A DNA stretch of 61,765 nucleotides, filler included, from Sphacelaria rigidula (lineage: Eukaryota): assembly GCA_964200075.2 (NCBI GenBank). It is 7 parts of 7 records of this genome, joined end to end, with 100 filler letters (N's around TTAATTAATTAA, not from the genome) between each part and the next. Parts side by side here need not be neighbours in the genome. Positions count along the whole stretch, not along the records: positions 53,029 to 61,765 come from CAXNAA020010230.1; 6 more parts are not named here. One strand, given 5' to 3'. Under the pieces are notes generated by a model. It was not told the origin of the DNA and ran no database searches. It saw only the letters and a program-made list of their open reading frames with translations. The position numbers and the translations under genes were made by a program. Shown one piece after another: positions 60,866 to 61,765 of the stretch (position 1 is the stretch's first letter; each line of letters opens with the position of its first letter).

Positions 60866-60914
60866 GAGATTTTGGACAGGCAAATATTTCCTGAGACAGC
60901 GAATATCGTCGTGG

Positions 60915-60915
60915 G

Positions 60916-60979
<64 letters not shown>
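60915..60979. repeat. (GTT)n microsatellite terminating the satellite array
   Basis: About 21 GTT units starting right after the satellite word ATCGTCGTGG. Confidence 0.98.
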
Positions 60980-61765
60980 CTTCACATTAAAAATCGTTCC
61001 GATATCTGCGTGGTACATTTGTACTGGGTATCTGATGCGGACGCCTTCCGTGGTCACATGCTAGCTACCTATAATAAGGAATGAGGAAATCGAACAAGAA
61101 AACAAAAGACCCGGATTAAAACTCACTAAAACGCGATACAAGCAAAACAGAAATGAATAATATAAAGAAAGAGCATAATTATGGCTAGCCTCAGAAGATA
61201 CGGTGCCGCAGGTAGCCATCCGGACTTCAGGGGTGGCACCCGGCTTTCCAACTCGACGCGCGAGACCAAATAGAAATGAACATAAGGGTCCGACTACGGG
61301 TGAAACTCAAGGCCCTGAGGACCATCAACCAAATAACTAAGAATCGCAAGGTTCCATCTTTCGACCGTTTTTTTTGTTTTGTGCATGCAGCTCATGAAAA
61401 TCAAACTCTCTAGCTTTCACAGGTCTTGCGAAATCGGTGTAGTCTGTTAGTGTGACCACCACTGCGCAGACGGGAGGTAGCTATGATCCGGTTTGCCTGC
61501 CGTACTGCCGACAGCGTCGCGTGAAAGCCACAAGACCCTTGCTGTCGGTGGTTGATGGCGTGGGTCTCGAATGCAACGACATACATGTATGGGAAGCTAC
61601 TCGTGCTGTACCGAGCTGTCCACGCGACCACCGTATGTGTGCTGCAGATTGCCCATGCACCACGCTAGCAACAGTTAGGTCACCACCATAGGTATCTTTC
61701 TTCACTCCGCATGTCAAAGAGGTCCCTACAAGTGTTTGATCTCTCATAAACCCCCCTCAACTGGC

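Larger units (their letters stand above)
53519..60914. repeat. Satellite array, ~103-bp unit, roughly 50-55 diverged copies
   Basis: Consensus approximately TGGGAGATTTTGGACAGGCGAATATTTCCTGGAACAGCGAATATCGTCGTGGGTAGACCGCAAAACTCACCCAGAACGTTATCATATACGCCTGAACCTCAAA; CAGCGAAT at 53749, 53852, 54066, 54169, 54272. Confidence 0.97.

Noticed and set aside
53519..60914. Regular array with conserved and variable segments, as a possible CRISPR-like or guide-RNA array
   Set aside because: The variable parts are homologous between units rather than unique spacers, the conserved parts are themselves diverged, and there is no cas-like gene. It is a satellite.

Overview
This window is eukaryotic, repeat-rich DNA, not a prokaryotic locus. 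It has long GT-AG introns, LTR/LINE/MITE debris and an organelle-type PPR gene. The style suggests a stramenopile, possibly a brown alga, but that is inference. It is also not one locus. Seven contigs of 8739, 8739, 8738, 8738, 8737, 8737 and 8737 bp are joined by identical 100-nt linkers (44 N + TTAATTAATTAA + 44 N), so they are size-sorted and unlinked. Contig 1 (1-8739): a decayed Ty3/Gypsy element (gag, protease, RT, RNase H, integrase) hit twice by one MITE family. Contig 2 (8840-17578): mostly unclassified repeats and a LINE RT fragment. Contig 3 (17679-26416): two exons of an M3 mitochondrial-intermediate-peptidase-like gene, plus two copies of a ~1-kb TTAA/CCC-ended (piggyBac-like) element carrying a conserved ORF with no transposase motif I recognise. 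Contig 4 (26517-35254): an intronless P-class PPR gene with about 19 motifs. Contig 5 (35355-44091): a chromodomain plus LTR end, a second decayed Gypsy element and minisatellites. Contig 6 (44192-52928): four phase-consistent exons of a modular YfaP/DUF2135-like plus Cys-rich protein, and many MITEs. Contig 7 (53029-61765): a ~103-bp satellite array carrying four insertions, one of which contains a nested fifth element. The best leads for something undescribed are the cargo-carrying piggyBac-like element, a group of ~250-bp GA-terminal MITEs sharing a positional TACG(A/G)TAG motif (4-bp TSDs where testable), and the YfaP-like modular protein. I found no CRISPR array, rRNA or tRNA. Family assignments come from motif recognition by eye, not from database searches.
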